From NCBI RefSeq assembly GCF_001194135.2, contig NC_068991.1:13662145-13725618 (forward strand): 63,474 bases of DNA, in the 5' to 3' direction. The notes beneath the pieces were generated by a model. The model did not search any database and was not told the origin of the DNA. It worked only from the letters and a program-made list of their open reading frames with translations. The first letter of the stretch is position 1; every line of letters begins with the position of its first letter. Below, in pieces: positions 1 through 12,682 of this stretch. Position numbers and translations under genes: made by a program. Source of the DNA: Octopus bimaculoides (taxonomy: Eukaryota).

Positions 1-389
1 ATATATATATATATATATACATATATATGTATGTATATATATTTTACGGTTTGTGAGCTGAATGGCGTTGTAATATTGCAATTTGCAATGTGGTGCACAT
101 CTTTCCGTTGCATAAACTATTTGCTTCAAAATGTATTTGGTTTCGCATATTGTGATTACGGTGACACACGCGCACACACACACACACATACACATACACG
201 CACGAATACACTCACACATATGTGTTTGATTATATATACTTTCTTACACACTCGCCTACACATATGTACTTCCATACATGGAGGAGCCACTTATCAGATA
301 CATATATATATATACATGTATACCAATATCATTTATTGTATTGCCGATTCATTCGATAAATGTGGAGAACCTTGTATTATCGTTTTACC

Positions 390-393
390 TACG

Positions 394-463
<70 letters not shown>

Positions 464-500
464 CACCCATCCATCCATCCATCCATCCATCCATCCATCC

Positions 501-571
<71 letters not shown>
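390..571. repeat. (TATC)n/(CATC)n compound microsatellite
   Basis: Directly visible tetranucleotide arrays. Confidence 0.95.
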
Positions 572-572
<1 letters not shown>

Positions 573-1117
573 GTCAGTGTGTCTATTTATCTTTGTCTCT
601 GCCTGTCTCTTTTGCTACGAATCTGTTAAATTCACTCGTATATATATATATATATATATATATATNNNNNNNNNNNNNNNNNNNNNNNNNNNNNNNNNNN
701 NNNNNNNNNNNNCATATATAGATATAAATGTATACATACACACACGGACAAGCACATATATGTACATATGCATACATGCATATATATTACTGGCATATAC
801 ACACACACACATATATAGATATAAATGTATACATACACACACGGACAAGCACATATATGTACATAAAGATACCTTTTCAACTTGTCTTCCTACACACGCG
901 CGTAGATTTGTATAGCAATACCTATTTATCTATTTCGGGAATTGGTGAGATCAATATTTGTCGGTGAATGGTTACATCGTTCTATGATTCTTCAGACTGG
1001 CCATAAAGAATCACAAGATAAATGTACCAGTACCCGGGATATATTGATCTTACCAATTCCTGAAATCTCTTCTTTGTTTGGGTGTGTGTGTAGGCGTTGG
1101 GGGAATATATAGGTTTC

Positions 1118-1245
1118 GTGCCACTGTGAATATGCATATGTGCCACTATGAATATGCGTATGTGCCACTGTGAATATGCGTATGTGCCACTATAAATATG
1201 CGTATGTGCCACTGTGAATATGCGTATGTGCCACTGTGAATATGA
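1118..1245. repeat. 22-bp minisatellite GTGCCACTGTGAATATGCGTAT, about 6 copies
   Basis: Tandem units with 0-2 substitutions each. Confidence 0.9.
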
Positions 1246-1253
1246 ACGCAGTT

Positions 1254-1460
1254 AAGGTGGTGAGCAGACAGAATCGTTAGCGCCCCAGACAAAATGTTTA
1301 GCGGCATTTTGTCTGTCGTGACGTTCTGAGATCAAATTCCATCGCGGTCGACCTTCATCATTAAACTAGTAAAAGTCGTAAAAGTCAAGCACTGGGGACG
1401 CTGAATTTGACAAGCCCTCTCCTCTAAAATTTCAGGCCTTTTGCCTCTAGTAGAAAGGTT
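1254..1460 (+). mobile_element. SINE family B copy (diverged)
   Basis: Matches in-window consensus aaggcggcgagctggcagaatcgttagc...gttctgagttcaaattcc...ggccttgtgcctagagtagaaa. Confidence 0.75.
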
Positions 1461-1477
1461 TTGTCATGTGCATAATT

Positions 1478-1700
1478 AAAGCGATGAGCGGGGGAAAGTC
1501 GATAGCTCGGCGAGTAAAATACTGAGCGGTATTTCGTCCATCTTTACGTACTGACCTCAAATTTCGTCGAAGACGATTACACATTTCATCATTATGGGAT
1601 CAATAAATTAAGAACCAATTGAACACAGGGGGCAATGTAATCGATTTAACTCCCTCCAAAATTGTTGGGCATGCACCGAAATTGAAACCTATTATTAGGT
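1478..1700 (+). mobile_element. SINE family B copy (diverged)
   Basis: Same head and core motifs. Confidence 0.65.
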
Positions 1701-2062
1701 CTTAGATAAGGCAGAACCGTTGGTATGTCGGGGAAGATGCTTAGCGATACTTCATCTGTCTCAACATTCTGAGTTCAAATTCCACCGAATAAGTCTCTAT
1801 CTATATAACGTATATATACATTTTTACTCACAGACACACAAATACGCACAAACATACAGACACACGAATACACACACACACACACACATGGTCATGGTGC
1901 TGTTTCTCTCACAGACGATGCCCAGGTGACCCTACTATACTGTGTAGTCGACAAAGTCAAAAACAAACAATACACAAACGCGAAATTAAAAGCATAAAAT
2001 GACGACAATGTATCCATCGCACCTTATATATGTGTGTGTGTGTGCGCGCGAGTGTGTGTGTA

Positions 2063-2100
<38 letters not shown>

Positions 2101-2459
2101 GTAAATATTTCAGTTTCTCTCTCATTCTTCTCTTTCTTACCCAACTGTCTTCATATCTCAATGCCATCGTGAAAAGCATTTAACTTACTAAACAACCGTG
2201 CTTTTCAAAATTAGATTATTTCTTGTTATCAAAGATGTAATTTACTTCGAGAAGTAAACAAAACTAAGAATCTGACTTCAGAAATGTCTCTTCAGAAAAC
2301 TTACAAATAAATATTCGCTCGTTCTGTCCTGTTTGCTTGCTTTTCGTAACAGTTTTCCTTTTAAATATGAAATGTTATCTATTTATTTCTCTTTCTATGC
2401 CTATCGTTCTGTCTATTTATTGTCATTCTGCTTGTGTCCTTCGTTTATTTGTTACTGTC

Positions 2460-2760
2460 CTTTCTTCTTTCTTTCTTTCTTTTCTTCCTTCCTTCCTTCC
2501 TTCCTTCCTTCCTTCCTTCCTTCCTTTCTTCCTTCCTTCTTTCCTTCCTTCCTTCCGTTATTCCTTCCTTCCTTTATTCCTTCCATTCTTCCTTTCATTT
2601 TTCTTTCTCACACTCTATTTTTCTTTGTCTCTGTCTCCCATTTTCGTTTTATCGTTCTTTCTTTTCTCTTTTACTTTCTTTTTCTCTCTCTGTTTCTTTC
2701 TCTCTCTCTGTTTCTTTCTCTATTCCTTTCTTTCTTTTTTTTCTTTCTTTCTTTCTTCTC
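2460..2760. repeat. (TTCC)n/(TTTC)n polypyrimidine tract
   Basis: Direct observation; explains the F/L/S/P-rich ORFs. Confidence 0.9.
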
Positions 2761-2799
2761 AGCCCCAAAATAAACCCAATATGATGAGCACTATCCGTC

Positions 2800-2955
2800 C
2801 ATCTAATGCCTCCATTCATTTTCACGGAGGTCTACATCAAGTGCCTGGAGGAGGTAGTGCAGCCCTGGGTCAAAAGGGTGGCTGCTGGAAGACCCTATGT
2901 CTGGCAACAGGACTCTGCACGTTGCCACACAAGCAGGAGAACCCACTCATGACGG
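2800..2955 (+). pseudogene. DD37D (maT-like) Tc1/mariner transposase fragment
   Basis: Nucleotide similarity to 8480-8630; encodes YIKCLEEVVQPWVKRVAAGRPYVWQQDSARCHTSRRTHS. Confidence 0.75.
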
Positions 2956-2959
2956 TCAA

Positions 2960-3720
2960 ACACAACTTTCCATAGCTTCAGAATGACACAAGTTAACTCC
3001 CATTGTAGGGATGGAAATAAATGGTAATCCGAAGGTGCTAGGTCTGGTGAATGGCAAACTGTAACAATTTCTGCCGGGTCTGCAATGAAAGGTGAGTTCT
3101 GACGTTGTTCTCGAGGAAGACGATATTCATCTGATAGGCAAATTCTGGGCACTTTTCATCGATCACCTTACCTTCTTTAATCGGTGTAATTGGGAAGAAA
3201 AATTGTCTGAATTCAATATCTGATTTTGCAGAGGAAACTCGTAATAAACAGTATCCTTCCAATCCCATCAGATACAGAACATTATCACCGGATACTGACC
3301 GATTTTGAAATGATTAAAGGTGGTTCATTTCGTTTCCTTCAAGACCCTTTTCTCTCTACATGGTTGTAAACAATTCAAGTTTCATCACTTGCTATCCTTC
3401 TTTTCAAAACTGGATGTGTTTTGCTGCGTTTGAACTGGAAACTGCAGACGGAAATGCGTTACATTTATATATTTTTGTTAAATTATGATGTATCCAAAAT
3501 ATCGTAGTGATTCACGTATCGAAGTGTTTTTAAATGCCTTATAACCTTTATATGACACATGTGGAATATCTCTGCGATGTCTCGTGTCATGTGACCGGGA
3601 TTATTTTTCATTATCATTTTTGTTTGGTCATCATCTACGGCTGTAGGCCTGTGGCAACGTTCATGCTCTTCCAGATGAAAATCTTCACTCCTAATTTCAG
3701 CGTACCGATTATAAACAACC
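2960..3720 (-). mobile_element. Degenerate mariner (DD34D) transposase
   Basis: Frameshifted motifs EDFHLEEHERCHRPTAVDDDQTK (HTH region), NIVFLENNVRTHLSLQTRQKLLQ and HSPDLAPSDYHLFPSLQ. Confidence 0.85.
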
Positions 3721-3979
3721 CTCTCGATAGTGGCGCCACCTTCGTAAACTGCACATATCTCTTTTAAACATTATTAAATGTTGAAAATGTATCTAACTTT
3801 CCTCCATTTTCCCCGTTAATGTACAAACAATAAACATATTATACACAGAGTAAAATTATAGTAAGGCGTGTTGAAATGTCATCTTCCAGAAAATATGTTA
3901 TAATGCATTTATCACGCGAGAAAAGAAATCACGTACTGAATGATCAGCACTTAAAATATTTTTGTTACAACCGAACAAG

Positions 3980-4021
<42 letters not shown>

Positions 4022-4022
4022 C

Positions 4023-4057
<35 letters not shown>

Positions 4058-4204
4058 NNNNNNNNNNNNNNNNNNNNNNNNNNNNNNNNNNNNNNNNNNN
4101 NNNNNNNNNNNNNNNNNNNNNNNNNNNNNNNNNNNNNNNNNNNNNNNNNNNNNNNNNNNNNNNNNNNNNNNNNNNNNNNNNNNNNNNNNNNNNNNNNNNN
4201 NNNN

Positions 4205-4250
<46 letters not shown>

Positions 4251-5365
4251 GTGAATAAATGCCTAAGTGTCAACCTGGTTAAATTAGAGCTTTCACAAAA
4301 AGAAATAATCCAGCTAAGTTGCACATTGCAAATACAATCATTAAGTGGAACAGTAAAAATATGTAAAACGTTTCTCAAGATTTTGTTATCTACGTTCCAA
4401 CAATGTATTTTTGTTAGAAACATGCTCCTCGCTCAGAGGAAGAATTTAAATGATTAAATCAGAAGAGAACATCCAACATTGTTTAGGAAGACCATCTCTT
4501 GAGGTCGGTGAATCATCGGAATCCTTAATGTTGAAGGAAATTGTTTGTCGTATTTGTTCTTGCCTTTAACGTTCTAAACTCACATCTTGCTGCGTCAACT
4601 CCGCCTTTCTACTCTCTGAGATCAATAGTTCAAAGTACCAGTTATACTCAGAGGTGGTCAATATCATCGGCCAGCACTCCGTCTCACAAACTTACTGGTC
4701 TTGTGTCTGAATTCGAAATCCGTATTTTTAATACTATCCTTTTTCTTTTATCGAAGTTTTAACTTTCCCATTTAATTATAGTAAATATTTTTTTCTAGTT
4801 TAATTCTTTTAATAAATAACTCTGCCAAACATCTTCCGAACCTCCCCCGACATTTTGTTATCAATCATCTTAAAAATAACTGAATTTGAAGGATTTTAAT
4901 TATTGAGATGGTCATGAATATTTTTTTTTCTAAAATAAGCTTCTAAATTTATTTGCTCTCAAACCTTTTCAAATTATTCTAGGAAATAGAATTGCTGTTG
5001 TTGTTTTGTTGTTGTTGCGATGATAGTTATGCATGCGATCATGGTTGTTATTGATGTTGTTAGTAGTGGTGGAGCTGCTAGCGGTGGCGGCGGCGGCGGA
5101 AGTGGTGATGGTGTTTGTTAGTGGTAGTGGTTTGTTTGTACGTTGTGTGTTTGTGTTTGTTTATGACAGATGCTGTGAAGGATACGTCCGTGCTTTTGTG
5201 TTGTTGTTTTCGTTGTGGGTATGGTTGGTTGGCTGGTTGGCTGGTTTGTAGTTGACGTAGTCTGTAGTTTATTGTTGGTTGGGTGTGGACGAGCATGTAT
5301 TTGCGGTTTGTTGTTGTTGTTGCAGTAAGATGTTGATGACCGATGCAATTCGTAGAGTATCGCTG

Positions 5366-5773
5366 AAGCATGGCTGTGTGGTAAGAAGTTTGTTTCCTGA
5401 CCACATGGTCTCGGGTTCAGTCCCACTGCGTGGCACCTTGGGCAAGTGTCTTCTACTATAGCCTCGGGCTGACCAAAGCCTTGTCAATGAATTTGGTAGA
5501 CGGAAACTGGAAGAAGCCTGTCGTATATGTATATATGCATATGTATGTGTGTGTGTATGTTTGTGTGTCTGTTTGTAAACCCCACCAGCATCGCTTGACA
5601 GCCGATGTTGATGTGTTTACGTCCCCGTACCATAGCAGTTCGGCAAAACGGATCGCTAAAATAAGTACTAGACTTACAAAGAATAAGCTCTGGGGTCCAT
5701 TTGCTCGACTATAAAGGCTGTGCTCCAGCATGACCGCAGTCAAACGATTGAAACAAGTAAAAGAGTAAAAGAG
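5366..5773 (+). mobile_element. tRNA-derived SINE family A, near full length
   Basis: A-box tggctgtgtggtaag, B-box gggttcagtccc, central caccttgggcaagtgtcttc, 3' tail ending aagagtaaaagag. Confidence 0.85.
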
Positions 5774-5902
5774 TATACATACATACATACACATGCCCCC
5801 CCCCCCACGCAGATGGTTTAGTCATAAACCATACAGAAACTCAGTCATAAGCAATATTTAACAAATTAGCAATCGATTGATTATGGTATTTTAATCCCAT
5901 GC

Positions 5903-6118
5903 AAGGCTGTGAGCTGGCAGAATCGTTAGCACGCTGAATGAAATGCTTAGCGGTATTTCGCCCGTCGCTACGTTCTGAGTTCGAATTCCGCAGAGGTTGA
6001 CTTTGCATTTCATCCTTTCAGGGTCGATAATCTAAGTTACCAGTTGCGTACTGGGGTCGATCTAATCGATAATTCTCCTCCCTCAAGTTTGAGGTCTTGT
6101 GCCTTTAGTTGAAATGAT
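5903..6118 (+). mobile_element. SINE family B copy
   Basis: Close match to in-window consensus. Confidence 0.85.
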
Positions 6119-6474
6119 ATTTCAATTGCATGCAATGAACCCGGTTTCTCTGAGCTTTCTTTGCACTTAAGTTGATTCATCCTCAGAAGATAGCAAGTCT
6201 GGTATTATTTTTACCAATCTTTCGTGAAAATTAGCTATTAATACATAATATATATAAATTACGTAACAATAATGCAAATATATCAGGTCTAATTGTTAAG
6301 TATTACGTAAATGCGTTATAACTGAATATTAAAGTTTCCCACCTTGGCTAATCGCTTATATAGCAGAGAATTCAATTTAACATCTTTGAACGTTGACTAT
6401 TAGTCCTGAAAATTTAATATTTAATATATCACATCTGAAAATTCTAAAATAATAATGTGAATATGTAAGCTCTG

Positions 6475-6650
6475 ATACGTTTCAAATTTTAGCATGAGAC
6501 CAGCAATTTCGGAAGAGGGCTGTAAGTCGAAACAACCACCCCAGTGATCAACTGGTACTTATTTTATCGACCCCGAAAGAAAGAAAGGCAAAGTTGGCCT
6601 CGGTGATATTTGAACACAGAACATGAAAACGGACGGAACACCGCAGAGCA
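6475..6650 (-). mobile_element. SINE family B copy
   Basis: Reverse complement of core (ggtacttattttatcgaccccgaaag...aaaggcaaag). Confidence 0.8.
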
Positions 6651-6689
6651 TGAAAAATTAAATATTATCATAATTAAGTATTTTTGTTG

Positions 6690-6988
6690 CTTTTTCCTTC
6701 TCGAGCCATGTTTGGGCCATAAGGGCCGGCTTCCTGGTTTCATTGGCGTATAGGTTCTCCACCTGGAGATGACGCCGGTCCGTCTCGGGTGAGCTGCTTG
6801 ATGCAGGAGGAGAGAGTGAGAGAAAGTTATGGTGGAAGAGACACCAGAAGCTCGCCATTACCTTCTGCCGGAGCTGCGTGGAGCTTCGGTGTTTCGCTAA
6901 TAACCACACACATCGCCTGGTCTGAGATTCGAACCAGCGATCCTTCGACCGTGAGTCCGCTGCTCTAAGCAGTTGGCCATTATTCCAG
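6690..6988 (-). mobile_element. Mosaic SINE (family C-like head, family D-like tail)
   Basis: tRNA head and gctccacg..gctccggca body shared with 31634-32015; tail tacgccaatgaaacc..gaa.ccggccc shared with 22003-22256. Confidence 0.7.
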
Positions 6989-8329
6989 TAAAACATTTCG
7001 TCCTGTTGTTTGGTGTGAGAAATTTGTGATGTGAACCCGTGTATTGAAACTGATTTTGTTGTTTCACGGGAGGGACGTTACGCCTATAATAAACGCACTG
7101 GTTTTATTTCACTTCTTTTATTATTATTATTAGTAATATTTTGTAACACAAGCATAAAGTAAAACATTTCGGAAGAGATGAACAATTTGTCGACCCCAAT
7201 ATTTGTATGCCTTATTCTTTATCGGTCCCGGGAAGAATAAAGATATAGTTAACTTTGGCGGGATTTGAACGCATCAAATGTTTTTATAATAGTGACCCGG
7301 ATATTTTATAGTTACCTTACTCGCCCCTATCCCATCGCTAACCAATAGCAGACATTCGAACTAAACGAGACAAAGAGACAATTATTCAAGTAGCCAGACA
7401 TAGACAGAGACGGAGAGACAGGCAGCTGAAATCTTTAGATTCCTACAGTGAATAAGGTGAAAAAATAGAAAATAGCATAAAATGTAATATAATATAATAA
7501 GTCAACTATATTTAGAGAATCGGTCAATTAACAGTTTGAAATTGTATTTTAAGACATTATTTTAAAAGAGAGGGAAAAACAAAAAAATCCCCAGCAAAAG
7601 CGAAAACACACATAAATACAAAAACAACATCCAAGCAAAATATACAAGATGGAAAACTTCGGGATAAGCACGAAGCGCTCACACCTCATTATTCTCTGTC
7701 GTGTTGAACAACAAATGGGAAGTGTTATGATGGAGATGGGGTAAAATTTTGAACAAAAATAATTAATTATTAATAGCTTCTAACATACATCACGTATTTT
7801 GTGTTAGGGTTATAGTCATTTAAATCAGCCTCGTACATTATTAATGCCTTTATATTAACATTAACCCACAATAGCATGCACTTTAGGCTACTGGAGTTAA
7901 ATCAACTTCAGCATTTGACTGGTACTTTATGTTAAGATACAGTCTTGCGTATGACTTTAAACTGCATCCGGTAGTAGGACCCTGGTTCGGAGTTCTAGGA
8001 TTTCGAGGAGTGTGGAACCACCTCCTAGTCACTATAGTTTCAAGGTCTACCCTCATCGGGAGTAGTAGCTATCTGTCAGGGCCACCAGCAAGGGGTTAAA
8101 CATCATGTAACCATCCGGTCCAGGGTACGTTGAAATGGAGGGAAACAAGCATGGTGGATATGAGCTATTTCGGCAGGTGGATTTATTAAGTCAATGGTGA
8201 ATATCCCTAGATGCTGAGCGGATGAACAGACGACAAAATGTCTGTGGCCGGAATCAACCCGCTCAGTTAGTGAACAACTGCTAACATATGTAGTTGAAGG
8301 GACGCTGATGAGAAATTTCAGCCGGAAGC

Positions 8330-8880
8330 TCCAATACGAACATTTCAGAGTGTTTGGATGTCAATATGAGGGCAGTGCAATCTGAGGACATGTGCCGAGA
8401 GAGATTAAAATCTAACATCATGGTGCTTCGAGTGTTCACTAGTGATGGTGGCGTTATGCCTCCATTCATATTCCCACACGGGCTCAAATTCAGCACGAAG
8501 GCCTCCTACATGAAGTACCTGGAGGAGGTAGTGCTGCCTTGGGTGAAGAGGGTGACTGCTGAAAGATCCTATGTCTGGCAACATGACTGTGCATCATGCC
8601 ACACAAGCAGCAGAACTCAGTCATGGCTGTCAGACAATTTCTGCGACCACACCATCCCTAACACAACCCTCCAGATTGCAACCCCATTGATTATTACGTG
8701 TGGGGCAGAGTTGAGCGAGAGAGCAACAAAACTCCTTGTAACAGCAAAAATGAGCCGAAGGCGCAAGGATAATGGCAGCATTCACCAACTTAAATAAGGG
8801 GACAGTCCAGAAGAGTTGGAGGAGATTCTGAAGTCTTCTGGAGACCGTGCTTGGTGCCAATGGCGTTATTATTGGACAAA
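8330..8880 (+). mobile_element. DD37D (maT-like) transposase remnant
   Basis: ORF 8354-8797: IMVLRVFTSDGGVMPPFIFPHGLK...YLEEVVLPWVKRVTAERSYVWQHDCASCHTSSRTQSWLSDNF. Confidence 0.85.
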
Positions 8881-8999
8881 TTAACTCTTTAGTATTTCAT
8901 GATATTTTTATGTAATTTTGGTAAATATATCTGTTAAAATGCGATGTCAGTGTTATTCTCATTTTTGCGTAATTTAGACGATAGTCTATTCACCGCACC

Positions 9000-9072
<73 letters not shown>

Positions 9073-9472
9073 CATAGACATTCATTAGAGAACAAACATC
9101 AAATTCGTATATAACACCACTCTTCCATGCATTTGATCATATATAAACATTACCATGGCTTTCAACATGTAAAAGAAATGCATATATAAAAGCACAGACG
9201 GTAAAAAATAGATATGCACTTAAAAACACAAAATATATAGAACGACCTATCAAGAAAAGTTATATACAATCGACTAAAAATAAGTAATCAAAATGAATTA
9301 CTAAAGCGTGTCATCCGACTAAAAAATAAAAAAAGTTAAAAAATATATCATTCGACTAAAAAAAGTTTTTACTCCCCTCAATCAAAAATATGTCAAAATA
9401 GTTCGTTTCATAAAAACCATGGTAGGTTGAAGTCCAAGGAGCGTAAGAGAATTCCATAAAATCAAGTCAAAA

Positions 9473-9560
9473 CACATCTATGGTCATTTCGGAGGTTCAC
9501 TGCCGCGGTCCGATTACGAGCTAAAGTACATCTCAGCAATGACTCCCTCATCAGGTTGAA
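9473..9560 (-). ncRNA. Degenerate type I hammerhead ribozyme-like motif
   Basis: CTGATGA, extended stem II (TCATTGCTG/CGGCAGTGA, closed GG/CC), GAAA, short stem III AT-GACC-AT, AUA site; stem I imperfect. Confidence 0.5.
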
Positions 9561-9689
9561 CAGGTATCTCAACAATTAGTCGTTCACAGACTTTTTTTTT
9601 TTTTTACATATTTTTAAATGAGGGGAGAGAAAACATTTTTAGTTGATTGATATATATTTTTTAATTCTTTTACGATTTTTAGTCGCTTG

Positions 9690-10085
9690 GCACGCTTTAG
9701 TAATTCATTTTCCTGATGGTAGTGCTATCTTCCAAGACGATAATGCACAGTTTATCATAGTTAATTTTATTCAATATTCGTACAAAGAGCACAAAAGAGA
9801 AGTAGACCTATTGTACTGGCCCCGGTAATCACCGGATTTCAACACAATCGCCCACTTATGGCGCATTTTGGAGTAATTAGTTAGGAGCTACTTCCCTCCT
9901 CTATCCTCAACGAAAGAAGTAAAGCAAGTTTCACTTAAAGAATGGTTCCGAATGCCCCTAACAGCCACTGAAGCCAATTCCTCGATGTATTAAGCTGTGA
10001 CTGATTCCTAAGGTGAACTGACAGCGTGTTAAGTATAAGTTCCATTCAACGACATGTTTCCATAATTTTATCCACCCTAGTGTTA
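9690..10085 (+). mobile_element. Tc1 (DD34E) transposase C-terminal remnant
   Basis: FQDDNAQ...EHKREVDLLYWPR*SPDFNTIAHLWRILE*LVRSYFPP...KEWFRMPL. Confidence 0.85.
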
Positions 10086-10159
10086 ACACACACACACGCG
10101 TGCGTGCGTGTGTTTGTGTATGTGTGTGTACATACACACACTCACACATACATGTGTAA

Positions 10160-10385
10160 CGGCAGACGAAATATCGCTAAGCATTTCGCCCGGCGTGCTC
10201 ACGTTTCTGCCAGCTCGCATTGTTTGTCTTTACGTTCTGAATTCAAATTCCGCCGACGAGTTGGACTTTGCTTTTCATCCTAACGGGATCGATAAATTAA
10301 GTACCAATTGTATACTGAGGTCGATCTAAACTGGCCCCCTCCCCCCAAAATTTTGGGCCTTGTGCCTAGAGTAGAAAAGAATATA
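10160..10385 (+). mobile_element. SINE family B copy
   Basis: Close match to consensus including ggccttgtgcctagagtagaaaagaat end. Confidence 0.85.
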
Positions 10386-10397
10386 AATTTACTCATA

Positions 10398-10429
<32 letters not shown>

Positions 10430-10435
<6 letters not shown>

Positions 10436-10660
10436 TCTGAGTTTGTCCCTCACAACCACTTGACAACCACTGTTCGTTTGTTTATGTCTCCGTAACTTAG
10501 TAGATCGGCATAAAGAGACCAAAATAAAGAGTACCTGAGTTTTAAAAAAATGTACTGGGGTGGATGTGTACGACAAAGCCTGAGGTGGATGTGTACGACA
10601 AAGACGATACCCCAGCATGATCGCAATCTATTAACTGAAACATGTAACAGATAAAATAGA
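10430..10660 (+). mobile_element. SINE family A 3' tail
   Basis: caaccacttgacaacc...ccgtaacttag...cccagcatgatcgca...aactgaaac, like 5575-5770. Confidence 0.7.
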
Positions 10661-10666
10661 AATACA

Positions 10667-10750
10667 CGCAGGATAGTCGAGCGGTCTAAGGCGCCGCGTT
10701 CAAGTCGCAGGCGGGTCTTCCCAGTGTTGGTTCGTATCCCACTTTTGACA
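10667..10750 (+). pseudogene. tRNA-Leu(CAA) pseudogene / tRNA head
   Basis: cgcaggatagtcgagcggtctaaggcg ccgcg-tt-CAA-gt-cgcag, long variable arm, ggttcgtatccc, ttttgaca; first two acceptor pairs and one anticodon-stem pair broken relative to eukaryotic tRNA-Leu. Confidence 0.8.
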
Positions 10751-10759
10751 AGAATTTCT

Positions 10760-10900
10760 TTCCCTGTAACTTAGCGATTCAGCAAAAAGAGGCCGATAGA
10801 GTGAGTACTAGACTTAGAAAGAATACATCCTGGGGTCGAGTTGCTCGAGTGAAGGCGGTCTTGCAGCATGACTACGGTCAGATGACTAAAACAAGTAAAA
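10760..10900 (+). mobile_element. SINE family A 3' tail directly after the tRNA-Leu
   Basis: cctgtaacttagcgattcagcaaaaagag...ctggggtcgag...aacaagtaaaag. Confidence 0.7.
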
Positions 10901-11898
10901 GAAACACACACACACACACACACACACGTGCGAGTGTGTGTGTATCAAATTCACTCTATAGCCGAAGTGCCGCGCAGTGGGACTGAACCTGAAGCCACAT
11001 GATTGGAAAGCGAGCTTCTTAACTATGAGCACAAATACATATTGCATGCACACAACACGCACAGACACGAACACACACGCACACAAACATAGACATTTGC
11101 TCTTAGACACACACGTACATGCACACACACACGTGCACACACAGACAACAAAACGAAATCATATAACACAAAGCTCACACACAAAGATAAACTGTTGACT
11201 CAGACACCCACACATACATACATCTACGAACGTAACCAACACCTACACGTTGACTCACTTATACACAGAATAAAGATTTATTACATATTCACACAAACAC
11301 TCACGCATACATTTACACACACGCACACATTCGCACACCGTCATGTACAAACACACAGCGCGTTCACAAACTTGCATCTGAGACGCATACACCATACACA
11401 AACCAACTTACATACGTACAGAGATACATAAATACACACACATAACGAAGCATAATCCCTCGCTTCAACGCACACACGACCACACATACATCATGACACG
11501 CATACACACAGGTTCATGAACACCTAATACATAGTTTATTACCTCTCTGTTAGTCTGTCTGTCTGACTCTCTCTCTCTCTCTTTCTCACATACACAAACG
11601 CCCATGCACCCGTCCACGAACCGTATTCCCGAGCGTCATACTAATATATCCTTTTGTTGTTTACACCACCTGTCCTCGTCTGTTGTTGTTTTTTCGTACA
11701 TTCTCCCATATATATATATATATANNNNNNNNNNNNNNNNNNNNNNNNNNNNNNNNNNNNNNNNNNNNNNNNNNNNNNNNNNNNNNNNNNNNNNNNNNNN
11801 NNNNNNNNNNNNNNNNNNNNNNNNNNNNNNNNNNNNNNNNNNNNNNNNNNNNNNNNNNNNNNNNNNNNNNNNNNNNNNNNNNNNNNNNNNNNNNNNAT

Positions 11899-12065
11899 AG
11901 GTTGGGTGAGAATTCACGAAAAATATAAAAGACGAAGACAGGTGGTGTAGACAACAAAAAGATGTATTAGGTTGACGCTCGGGAAGTGAAAAAGTCTTCA
12001 ACGTTTCGAGCCTACGCTCTTCCACAGAAAGGAACACAGAAAGAAACAAGGAGAGAAAATAAAGA
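11899..12065 (-). mobile_element. Short (TA)n-adjacent repeat carrying a minimal hammerhead-like motif
   Basis: Diverged copies at 11610-11710 (+, truncated) and 41105-41260 (-); minus strand CCTTT-CTGTGGA-A-GAGC(GTAG)GCTC-GAAAC-GTT-GAAG. Confidence 0.65.
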
Positions 12066-12453
12066 ATGTGTTGTGGCTAGTGATCTATCATGGCGAATGC
12101 CGGACAGAAGGGTAACACAGGAGAGCTAGGAAGAAAAGGAGATAATGAAGTAATGGTGATCCCAAAATGAAGGTGCACGTGCGTGTGTATAAGAGTATGT
12201 ATGTGCGTGTGGGAGAGGACTGGTGACCTTGACCTGTGCGTGTGTGTATGTGTAGGTGTCAAAATGTGGAGCTGGGAAGTGGTCAGTGCTGGTGTGTGCG
12301 TGGTGGTGTGTGCGTGGTGTGATGTGTTGTGTTGTATGGTGGTGTATGGTGTAGTGGTGTGTGGTGTGGTGTGATGGTGTTGGGAGGTGGGGAGGCGAGA
12401 ATCCGGAACCATGTGGCTGGTAAGCAAGATATTTACCACAGCCACTCCTGCGC

Positions 12454-12505
<52 letters not shown>

Positions 12506-12570
12506 ATAGCACCATGTCCTGGCGTTATTATTTTTTCTTATCTTTTATCACCGTTTTTTGTAATTAATTG

Positions 12571-12682
<112 letters not shown>

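Noticed and set aside
1118-1245. Short direct repeats as a CRISPR array
   Set aside because: No spacers; eukaryotic minisatellite
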